A DNA stretch of 64,000 nucleotides from Scyliorhinus canicula (lineage: Eukaryota), in the NCBI RefSeq assembly GCF_902713615.1, contig NC_052154.1:80889072-80953071 (forward strand), read 5' to 3'. The notes under the pieces were generated by a model, which worked only from the letters and a program-made list of their open reading frames with translations, ran no database searches and had not been told where the DNA came from. How positions within the stretch are numbered: position 1 is the first letter of the stretch; every line of letters begins with the position of its first letter. Positions 1 through 11,100 of this stretch are shown piece by piece. The translations under genes were made by a program, and so were the position numbers.

Positions 1-1610
1 CAGGCTGATCTAGGGTAATCAGGCTTGTCTCCCGCCTGGTAACAGTCATGTTCAAAAATGTGTTGGGTTCGCCTCTAATATCATGTTCGACAGCATCTTT
101 CAAAAAAAATAAAGCATTCGAGTGGTTTATCGTGATTCGAATAGTTCAATAATTTTGACAGGGAGAATCTTCTATATAAATATGTAGATTATGTGCAATA
201 AGACGGATGCTAACCTGAATTTGAGCTGACTGCGTGTCAATACAAGTAATGCGAGGGTGCATTTGCAGCGCATGGTAAATATGGTAAGAAAACTTTTCAA
301 TTTGCTAGAAGCGAAAGCATAGCTCGTAAACTAAAGCACTGTGAATGAAGATCAATCTACAGGCCAAAAAATAGATACCCAGCGCATTTGGAGGCCAAAC
401 TGAAGATCACAGAATGTTCTTAAAGAGAGAAAGAGGAAAAATGAGATGGATAGAAAAGGAAAACGCAAATAGAAACAGTAGTATAGTCTAAAATGCAGCA
501 ATCGTTTGATATTTCCTCCTTGCTTGGTGTGTTAGCAGATACCCTCTCCAATTATTTATTCCTACTTAGGATACCACTAACAGTCAATAAGCCTGGAAAT
601 TGAGATCGACAACTTACATTTTGCTCTCGCTAGTCCAACAGTGGAGAATCAGATTGTAAGATCCACCACATAACCAATTGGTATTTTTCTTACAGGAACC
701 TCGTATTAAATGTACAAGATATAAGTGGCACTGTATAACTCGCCATCTAAACAGAATTACAACAGCCAAAGTGGCTTAAAAGTAAGATAACTTGATGTTC
801 TGCATGGCTGAGTACTGCATCTTGGAGTCGATTTGCTCACTGGGCCACCAGCTACTGAGAGAAATATTTGAATTGTATGTTTTATCGCTTGGCGAAAAAG
901 GATGATCTGGTGCAGATCGTCAGAGTATCAAGAGCTACCGTTCTCCTTCTTTAGGTGAAAACTTTAAAAGTTGAATACAAAAATGTCATAGGGATATAAT
1001 GTGTCCCGGTAATTATCAGGGTGCGTCTGTGTTAAAGTTCCTGGGTTCTTCTGAAATAACGTTCAATTTAACATTTGTCTCCCAAACTGTTAGCAATTTG
1101 TACGAGGTTGCAGGTTTACTTGACTGTAACATAACATAATTCACATGCGTGTGCTTGTATCTAACTCTGCGGTTGCAAGCTCAATGTACAAACTTTTGTT
1201 TTTGTTTGAGCCGACAGGGGAGGTAACATTTTCTCTACTAGAAGTCTCTCTGCATCTCGGCTGCATAGGCAACCATCTTACAACTAGAAATAATGCAATG
1301 TCCATTGCTCCATTGTTTGTAAATTGTAGAACTGAAGTACTGGATAATATGGAACCCAGCCTCTTTGTTCTCAAACTTAGAACTATGTTGAGAAAGGTAC
1401 ATTCGCCCGAACGTCAGAATCATAAGGTAGAAAACTCTCTGAAAGTGATTCGTGTGAAATCACGAGTTTGTGATGGGTTAAGACATAGATCTAGACAGAA
1501 TGTATTATAAAACTTTTGTGTCTTGCAAGACGACACTCCGTTCTCATTGACATGTGTAACATTCTCAGAAAGCATGTATTGTTTTACTGGGCATGCGCCG
1601 TATCGTTACA

Positions 1611-1920
1611 GGCCAGCATTGTAGCACAGTGGGTAGCACTGTTGCTTCACAGCGCCAGGGTGCCAGGTTAAATTCCCAGCTTTCCTCACTGTCTGTGCGG
1701 AGCCCGTTCGTTCTCCACGTGGCTGCATTGGTTTCCTCCTGGTGCTCCGGTCTCCTCCCAGAAGCCCAGAAAGACGTGCTTTTAGGTAATCTGGACATTC
1801 TGAATTCTCCCTTTGTGCACCTGAACAGGCGCCGGAATGTGGCGACGAGTGTCTTTTCACAGTAACTTCATTGCAGTGTTAATGTAAGCCTACTTTTGGC
1901 TATAAAGATTATTATTATTT
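1611..1920 (+). mobile_element. tRNA-derived V-SINE (HE1-like)
   Basis: A-box tagcacagtgg, B-box-like ggttaaattcc, central gtctgtgcggag...ggtttcctcctggtgctccgg domain, (att)n tail. Duplicate at 9861-10170. Confidence 0.85.
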
Positions 1921-2146
1921 GGCGTTATGTCCATTTGTGCAGCCCAGACTTGCAGTAGGTTCACATGTGTGAGTGTTGGGCAATATTTGAGGTTCTGTTC
2001 GTGAGCTCTAACGTTTTTATTGTCTCGAAAATGCAGGGTTTTCTTTAAAGAGAAAGTGCACTCTTCTAACTTATCAATTCCGTCTCAGTGTTATGCAGGC
2101 AAATAGCTTTACATTGACTGCTGTCTTCAATCACCATTTGAAACCA

Positions 2147-2312
2147 GGGGCTGGTTTAGCACACTGGGCTAAGTAGCTGGCTTATAATATAGAACAAAGC
2201 CGCAGCGTAGGTTCAATTCCTGTACCAGCATCCCTGAACAGGTGCCAGACTTGGGGCTTTTCACAGTAACTTCATTAAAGCCTACTTGTGACAATAAGTG
2301 ATTATTATTTAT
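2147..2312 (+). mobile_element. Short tRNA-derived SINE
   Basis: ggggctggtttagcac head, ggttcaattcc B-box, cttttcacagtaacttcatt...(att)n tail. Duplicate at about 10397-10565. Confidence 0.8.
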
Positions 2313-3585
2313 GTATGTTAAACTGTTGCCTATTATTATTCAATAAGTATTTTGTTTTGCATAAAATGCAGTGCTTGGACAGCATTGGAGTTAGCATTAG
2401 AAAAATTGTTGCATCGAAAGTCGATTGAAAACAATTTTTACCATTTGAACCTAAACTTTTGACATTTGAATAATGCACAATTTACAAATTGGTGCAATGA
2501 TATCAATATTAAAACATTGCAGCACCTTACATTAAGGTAACTGCTATGATTATAACCTATGTGTGCTAATATATGCCTGTAGATGAATAAACGAAACACC
2601 CAAAAATGTATTTAAGAAAACACTTCTACACGTGGCGTAATATTGGAAAGTGAAAGATTAGAATCAATTCATGTGCTTTAAGGTGATCCTGCTGAATATT
2701 TCATTGTTAGTGAGAACAGCAAGTTCACAATGGGAAACATGTTGAATATCTGTTTAATTTCAACCTTATCTGTGTCTGCAATTGCATGGAACTATGAGCC
2801 CAATAACTATTGCTACACAACACTAGATACATTTAACTGTTGCAATCATTAACAACTAAATTAAAATGAGCACTTCTACTGCTGCGGTGAGCAACTGAGC
2901 ACGTTCTTTGTTTAGTTGTAGAAACTTGTGTCCTTATTTCACAACACTTGCCAATATTACAAAACATAGGAGGGACTTTCGCTCATCGTTTCCTCATCGT
3001 TTTCACTGCGCTTTGGAACGTGTCATGATTAATTACCTAGAAATATATAGAAACCACAGGTAATATACTTATTGATGTGGCAATGTTAAGTACAGAAATG
3101 TGTGTGCCTGTTATAACTGATATTTCGTTCTGTTGGTATTTACTACAATATACTATCACAGATAGGGTAAAACTCGAAGCAGTTTAAGCACCTTACACGT
3201 GTAATGTCAGCTCACAAAAACAACATTTGGATGTGCTGCATGTAATTTTTACATCCAAGTATTATAGCTGAATGTTGTTCAAGATATCAATGCCACTTTT
3301 CTTCTTTCTTTATGCAGCTTCACCAGCATCTGAACATGTAACAGATGATTATCAAAACAAAATTTGAATGCAGCATTAGAAAGAGAAAAAGACTGTTGTG
3401 AAATAGGTTGTGGTAAACAATTTCCAATTTCATAAGATTTAAATAAAATGGAATCCACTTCTTTGATAAATTGAAAACAAAAGCGTTTATTACTCTTTCG
3501 TACTTAACTGAGTAATGAAAATTAATTCCATTCAATGATTACAATATTGAGTCAGTTTCCTTGCCTGTCCTTTAAAAAATCTACG

Positions 3586-5070
3586 TCAGTGGGAGTCATT
3601 CAAGAATCAAATAGAGAAAGTACAGGGCCAATATGTTCCTGTAAAGGTAAAGGATGGGAACAAAACGGCCGGAGTACCCTGGATGTCAAGGGATATACAG
3701 GATTGCATAAGGAAACAAAAGGGTGGCTTATAGCAGATACAGGGTGATCAAACCAATGGATGCACTGAAGGAGTATGGGAAGTGGAGGGGGAAACTTAAA
3801 GGAATTAGGATAGCAAAGAGCGGGGCATGAAAGAACACTGGCAGACAAAATACAAGAAAATCTCAAGGTGGTTTGTAAGCATTCAATCAAGGCGTTCAAA
3901 AGGCAAACATGTGGACAGGATGGTATAGTGGGATACAGCACAACAAAGAGCTGAGGGTTTTGGCAAAGGTTGGTATCACGGCCGATACAGGCTTGGGGGG
4001 GGGGGGGGGGGGGGGGGTCGAAGAGCCTGTTCCCATGCTGTATTGTTCTTTGTTCTTTGTTTCTTGTTCTATATGAAGGGCAAGCTGGTAACAGGGCAAG
4101 GGAAGGGTTCATTAGGGACCCAAAGTGGCAATATATATGTGTAGCCGAAAGAGGTAGGTGAGGTATTATATAGTATATTGCATCTGTGTTCATTATGGTA
4201 AAGGATGATATTGGTATTAAAAGCATGAGAGGGATTGCGATATAATTGACTAGATTAGCTTTGGAAGGGAGGAGGTGGTAGCGGTTTTAGCGTGCCAAAA
4301 AGTGGACAGATCCCCAGGCCCAGATAAGATGTATCCTAAGCTGCTTTGTGAGGCAAGGGAGGAGATTTCAGGGTCTCTGAGGCTAATTTCCATACGCTCT
4401 CTGGCCTCAAGAGAGGTGCAAGAGGATTGGAGGGCAGCTAATGTGGTTCCATTATTCAAGAAGGGAATTAGGGGAAAAACTAGAGAAATACAGGCCATTA
4501 AGTTGAACTTTAGTGGTAGGGAAAGTAGTGGAAAAATGACAGATAGACAGCATTAATTATCACTTGGAGAGGCAAGGTTTAAAAAAGGTTAGTCGGCATG
4601 GCTTTGCCGGGGAACATGTCTGACACATCTGATGGTTGATGTACTCCATAAGGAGTCAGCAAGGCTTGTAAGATCTGCGGGAGGGGCGTTTTTTTTTGGG
4701 GGGTGGGGGCGGTGGACTGATCAAGAAAGTAAGAGCTGATGGGATCCAGAGAAATTATGAAGACTGGATCCAAAATTGGCTTTGTGGCCGGAGCCTGATA
4801 GCGATGGTCGAAGTTTGCTTTTGTGATTGGAAGCCTGTGTCTCGTGGCACACAGCAGATATTGGTGTTGGGTCCCTTGCTCTTTGTGGTGAACAGTAATA
4901 ATCTAGATGTGAACTTGGGAGGTATGACCAATAACTGCATGGATGACACGAACATTGGCGGTGCAATAAACAGCGATGAGAAAAGCTTTGGATTACAGCA
5001 CGAGAGAAATGGGCTGGCCAGATGGATAGAGAACTGGCAAATGGAATTTAAACCCGAAAAGTGCGAGGAA
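3586..5070 (+). mobile_element. Degraded CR1 LINE ORF2 fragment
   Basis: Frameshifted CR1 RT motifs DRSPGPDKMYPKLL...DWRAANVVPLFKKG and LGPLLFVV...DDT. Duplicate at about 11839-13312. Confidence 0.85.
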
Positions 5071-5326
5071 TGGGTGGTAGGTGGGGGAGACCCATACAGC
5101 TGGTGACACTCTGCAGAACCAGGACAGAAGGCGAAGCCTGACACAACCAAAGAGAGTGTGTTAGTCTGTTACTCTAGCTTAGTCTGGTATTGTCCCTTGT
5201 TGTCCCTGAAGACTTTGCGGAAGTTATACCTAGATTTCCTACATAGGTCAGGGTCACCTATCTTGAACGCCTCAGACCTGATCTTCAGTAGGGAGTGAAT
5301 CTTCCAGTCAAATCATGGTTTCCAGT

Positions 5327-6050
5327 TAGGGAACACATGTACTTCCGTCTTTGGCACGCAATCTTCTACACACTTACTGATCAGGTCTGTTGCGGTGGTG
5401 ACGTACTCATTTAGGTTGGCCTCCGAGTTCTTGAATATACACCAGTTCACTGACTCCAAGCAGTCAGATAAGATAACTTCCCATACAATAAGTTTCCTAA
5501 TGACTTATTTTAGTTTGCATGTAGTCACAGATGCTATTTGATAATTCACATCGCTGATTGTTTTTAGTAATGCGGTTGTGAGCTGTATTCACCAACCACT
5601 TAAATGTGTGCCCAGCAGCTATTCACATTCTGCTGTTAGTTACCACGTTCCAAAATTCTGACCCAGTAACGACCATGGAAGGGTGGTATTTTTCCAAGTC
5701 AGGATGATGTGTGACTTCAAGAAGAAACTTGAAGCGTTGCTTTTCCCATGGACCTGTTCTCATTGCCTATTTAAGTCGAATGAGTTGTGTCAATTTCTTG
5801 CAGACTTTCATTCTTCAAAACTGCAATAGTAAAGGACTAACCTTCTTAACCTCTACGTGCAAACTAAAACAAGTCATTAGGACACTTATTGTATGGGAAG
5901 TTAACTTATGTGACTGCTTGGAGTCAGTGAAATGATGTATATTCAAGAGCTCGGAGGCCAAGCTAAATGAGTATGTCACCACCACAACAGACCTCATCAG
6001 TAAGTGTGCAGAAGATTGCGTGCCAAAGACGGTAGTACATGCATTCCCTA
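5327..6050. repeat. 198-bp inverted repeat (arms 5327-5524 and 5853-6050) containing a Rex1/Babar-type LINE fragment
   Basis: The right arm is the reverse complement of the left at roughly 85-90% identity. Also present in copy B (13569-13766 / 14094-14291). Confidence 0.85.
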
Positions 6051-6139
6051 CTTAAACTCTCCTGATAAGAAAACCCTTCCATTCTGGGATCAACCGAGAG
6101 AACCTTCTATGGACTGCCTCCAGTGCCAGTGCCAGTGAG

Positions 6140-7291
6140 GTTTGCCGAAGAGCAGTGGGAGAGAGGCCATTTCTGGAGTGAGGCCACAGGGAGAGTGAGT
6201 TTTAAATGTGGGAATTTGAAGCAGAGCGGGGATTTGGTGATCAGGAAGAGATGCTCCTTGCTTTCTCTCCTTGATTTGTAACTTTTAAATCTTCAGGCAG
6301 TGGTCTTGCCCTGCTGCAGCAGGGACTGCAAGGTAATGGGCGAGATCGGTAAGTCTTTACAACTTTCATCAATTATAGTTTGAAATAGGTTTTGTGGTTG
6401 ATAATCTGTAATGGCTATAATTGCTACTGACGAAAACCAGCAAAGACGGGTCATAGATAATTGGATTTAATCTGATATCAAACATCTTCCAAAGCGTTCA
6501 TTTAAAAGGGTAAGTCACGGCAGGGGGACTCAACACCTTTGTTTGCTCCATGAGGGAGACTGAGAACATTTACAGTGCCCGGGGCCAGCGTGTGTGCAGG
6601 AAGTGTCTCCAGCTATAACTGCTGGAAGCCTGAGTTGCGGAGCTGAAGCGGCGGCTGGAGACACCGTGGAGCACCCGTGAGGTGGAGAGTATCGCGGATA
6701 ACACCTACAGAGAGGTGGTCACACCACAGGCTCAGACTCCACAGGCAGTAAAGGAATGGATTATCACCAGGCAGTGCAGGAGAGCTAGGCAGTCAGTGCC
6801 GGAATCTCCTATCGCAATTCCCCTGGAAGAGAAATATATTGTTTTGGATACTGTTGAGGGGAATGAGCTCCCAAGTGAAAGCAACAACTTCTAAATTCGT
6901 TGCACCACGTTTGGGTCTGCTGCAGAGAGAAGGAGTAAAAAGTGTGGTAATGCAATAGTTATAGGGGATTTGATTGGAAGGGGAACAGATAGTGGGTTTC
7001 TATGGCCGCAAATGACACCCCAGAAGGTATGGTGCCTCCCTGGTGGTCGGGTTAAAGATATCTTGGAGCGGTTACAGGACAGTCTGGATGGGGAGGGTGG
7101 ACAGCCAGCGGTCATGGTCGCATCGACACCAACAACATAGGTAAAAAAAATGAATGAGGTCCTGAAAACAGAATACAGGGTGTGAGGAAGAAAATTGAGA
7201 AGTCAGACCTTCAAAGTAGTAATCCCAGGATTACTACCAGTGCCAGGTGCTAGTCAGCGTTGAAATAGTAGGATATTTCAGATGAATATGT
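6140..7291 (+). mobile_element. CR1 5' part (ORF1 with zinc finger and SGNH-esterase remnant), truncated by the duplication junction
   Basis: CRKCLQL-like and AIVIGD motifs. In copy B (from about 14385) it continues into the ORF2 endonuclease up to about 17245. Confidence 0.75.
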
Positions 7292-7381
7292 TGCAAATGT
7301 CACCGTGATCTAAAGGTTAAAAGCGCATTACAAAGCATTTCACTGTACAGATATCGATCCATCATTGCTTAGTACTTGAGG

Positions 7382-7684
7382 TAATAATCTTTATTATTGT
7401 CACAAGTAGGTTTACATTAACACTGCAATGAAGGTACTGTGAATATCCCTAATCGCCACACTATGGCGCCTGTTCGGGTACACTGAGGGAGAATTCAGAA
7501 AGTCAAATTCACCTAACAAGTACGTCTTTTGGGACTTTTGGGAGGAAACTGGAGCACCCGGAGGAACCCAATGTAGGCACGACGAGAAGGTGCAGACTCC
7601 GCACGGACAGAACCCCAAGCGGGATCCAAGCGCAGGACGCTGGCACTGTGAAGCAACAGTGCTAAGCATTGTGCTACCATGCAT
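7382..7684 (-). mobile_element. V-SINE
   Basis: Reverse complement of the 1611-type SINE (tail at 7382, tRNA head at 7684). Confidence 0.85.
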
Positions 7685-7899
7685 CGAAGTGGAGTCAAAA
7701 TTCTGAAATCATTCAAGAGACAGTTAGAACCTGTAAGTGCAAATCATGTTTGTATACTGCAGAATAAGGATGGACAATGTGACCTTGCAGGTAAAGTTGC
7801 ATGTTGAAAAAGTTTAGCTTGATGTCTGTGTCCTAATTTTACTTCTGTTGTATAAAAAAAGCCTTACACAACAATAAAAGTAAAAGTTATTTAATTTTA

Positions 7900-8178
7900 T
7901 ACCATTCAGCCCATCTAATCTGCACCGCCCTCCAAAAGAGAACTGCCTCGCTCTATCCCCTTAAACCGCGCATTGATCATGGCCAAACCACATAACCTGC
8001 ACGTCCTCGGACACTAAGGGGCAATTTTAGCATAGCCAATACACCAAAACCTGCATATATTTGGGCTGTGAGAGGAAACCGGAGCTTATCGACACGGAGA
8101 GAACGTGATACTTCCACACAGCCAATTACCAATGCCGGCTCCCTGGCGCTATGAGTGCTGTGCTAACGATTGTGCCCA
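7900..8178 (-). mobile_element. Degraded V-SINE with CR1-derived tail
   Basis: aacctgcacgtcctcggac...gaggaaaccggagc core on the minus strand. Confidence 0.7.
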
Positions 8179-11100
8179 TAACTTGAACAATTTGTGTTAG
8201 AAAGCAGTTGTACGAGAACTTCAGATCTTAAGTCCTGGCTACGTCTACGTCAGGCTGATCTAGGGTAATCAGGCTTGTCTCCCGCCTGGTAACAGTCATG
8301 TTCAAAAATGTGTTGGGTTCGCCTCTAATAGCATGTTCGACAGCATCTTTCAAAAAAAATAAAGCATTCGAGTGGTTTATCGTGATTCGAATAGTTCAAT
8401 AATTTTGACAGGGAGAATCTCCTATATAAATATGTAGATTATGTGCAATAAGACGGATGCTAACCTGAATTTGAGCTGACTGCGTGTCAATACAAGTAAT
8501 GCGAGGGTGCATTTGCAGCGCATGGTAAATATGGTAAGAAAACTTTTCAATTTGCTAGAAGCGAAAGCATAGCTCGTAAACTAAAGCACTGTGAATGAAG
8601 ATCAATCTACAGGCCAAAAAATAGATACCCAGCGCATTTGGAGGCCAAACTGAAGATCACAGAATGTTCTTAAAGAGAGAAAGAGGAAAAATGAGATGGA
8701 TAGAAAAGGAAAACGCAAATAGAAACAGTAGTATAGTCTAAAATGCAGCAATCGTTTGATATTTCCTCCTTGCTTGGTGTGTTAGCAGATACCCTCTCCA
8801 ATTATTTATTCCTACTTAGGATACCACTAACAGTCAATAAGCCTGGAAATTGAGATCGACAACTTACATTTTGCTCTCGCTAGTTCAACAGTGGAGAATC
8901 AGATTGTAAGATCCACAACATAACCAATTGGTATTTTTCTTACAGGAACCTCGTATTAAATGTACAAGATATAAGTGGCACTGTATAACTCGCCATCTAA
9001 ACAGAATTACAACAGCCAAAGTGGCTTAAAAGTAAGATAACTTGATGTTCTGCATGGCTGAGTACTGCATCTTGGAGTCGATTTGCTCACTGGGCCACCA
9101 GCTACTGAGAGAAATATTTGAATTGTATGTTTTATCGCTTGGCTAAAAAGGATGATCTGGTGCAGATCGTCAGAGTATCAAGAGCTACCGTTCTCCTTCT
9201 TTAGGTGAAAACTTTAAAAGTTGAATACAAAAATGTCATAGGGATATAATGTGTCCCGGTAATTATCAGGGTGCGTCTGTGTTAAAGTTCCTGGGTTCTT
9301 CTGAAATAACGTTCAATTTAACATTTGTCTCCCAAACTGTTAGCAATTTGTACGAGGTTGCAGGTTTACTTGACTGTAACATAACATAATTCACATGCGT
9401 GTGCTTGTATCTAACTCTGCGGTTGCAAGCTCAATGTACAAACTTTTGTTTTTGTTTGAGCCGACAGGGGAGGTAACATTTTCTCTACTAGAAGTCTCTC
9501 TGCATCTCGGCTGCATAGGCAACCATCTTACAACTAGAAATAATGCAATGTCCATTGCTCCATTGTTTGTAAATTGTAGAACTGAAGTACTGGATAATAT
9601 GGAACCCAGCCTCTTTGTTCTCAAACTTAGAACTATGTTGAGAAAGGTACATTCGCCCGAACGTCAGAATCATAAGGTAGAAAACTCTCTGAAAGTGATT
9701 CGTGTGAAATCACGAGTTTGTGATGGGTTAAGACATAGATCTAGACAGAATGTATTATAAAACTTTTGTGTCTTACAAGACGACACTCCGTTCTCATTGA
9801 CATGTGTAACATTCTCAGAAAGCATGTATTGTTTTACTGGGCATGCGCCGTATCGTTACAGGCCAGCATTGTAGCACAGTGGGTAGCACTGTTGCTTCAC
9901 AGCGCCAGGGTGCCAGGTTAAATTCCCAGCTTTCCTCACTGTCTGTGCGGAGCCCGTTCGTTCTCCACGTGGCTGCATTGGTTTCCTCCTGGTGCTCCGG
10001 TCTCCTCCCAGAAGCCCAGAAAGACGTGCTTTTAGGTAATCTGGACATTCTGAATTCTCCCTTTGTGCACCTGAACAGGCGCCGGAATGTGGCGACGAGT
10101 GTCTTTTCACAGTAGCTTCATTGCAGTGTTAATGTAAGCCTACTTTTGGCTATAAAGATTATTATTATTTGGCGTTATGTCCATTTGTGCAGCCCAGACT
10201 TGCAGTAGGTTCTCATGTGTGAGTGTTGGGCAATATTTGAGGTTCTGTTCGTGAGCTCTAACGTTTTTATTGTCTCGAAAATGCAGGGTTTTCTTTAAAG
10301 AGAAAGTGCACTCTTCTAACTTATCAATTCCGTCTCAGTGTTATGCAGGCAAATAGCTTTACATTGACTGCTGCCTTCAATCACCATTTGAAACCAGGGG
10401 CTGGTTTAGCACACTGGGCTAAGTAGCTGGCTTATAATATAGAACAAAGCCGCAGCGTAGGTTCAATTCCTGTACCAGCATCCCTGAACAGGTGCCAGAC
10501 TTGGGGCTTTTCACAGTAACTTCATTAAAGCCTACTTGTGACAATAAGTGATTATTATTTATGTATGTTAAACTGTTGCCTATTATTATTATTCAATAAG
10601 TATTTTGTTTTGCATAAAATGCAGTGCTTGGACAGCATTGGAGTTAGCATTAGAAAAATTGTTGCATCGAAAGTCGATTGAAAACAATTTTTACCATTTG
10701 AACCTAAACTTTTGACATTTGAATAATGCACAATTTACAAATTGGTGCAATTATATCAATATTAAAACATTGCAGCACCTTACATTAAGGTAACTGCTAT
10801 GATTATAACCTATGTGTGCTAATATATGCCTGTAGATGAATAAACGAAACACCCGAAAATGTATTTAAGAAAACACTTCTGCACGTGGCGTAATATTGGA
10901 AAGTGAAAGATTAGAATCAATTCATGTGCTTTAAGGTGATCCTGCTGAATATTTCATTGTTAGTGAGAACAGCAAGTTCACAATGGGAAACATGTCGAAT
11001 ATCTGTTTAATTTCAACCTTATCTGTGTCTGCAATTGCATGGAACCATGAGCCCAATAACTATTGCTACACAACACTAGATACATTTAACTGTTGCAATC

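Larger units (their letters stand above)
1..7291. repeat. Tandem segmental duplication, copy A (left end lies outside the window)
   Basis: 1-7291 is colinear with 8251-15532 (position 1 caggctgatctagggtaatc recurs at 8251). About 20 substitutions and one 3-bp indel in the first 3.6 kb by eye. Similarity ends after gatgaatatgt (7291/15532). Confidence 0.97.

Noticed and set aside
1141-1374. Minus-strand ORF ending in an ITIM-like SLYIEL
   Set aside because: The motif is short and degenerate, and no in-frame acceptor or upstream TM exon could be supported.
1145-1510. 121-aa plus-strand ORF, identical in both duplicate copies
   Set aside because: No recognisable domain or convincing splice context. 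Identity is expected at about 99% duplication similarity.
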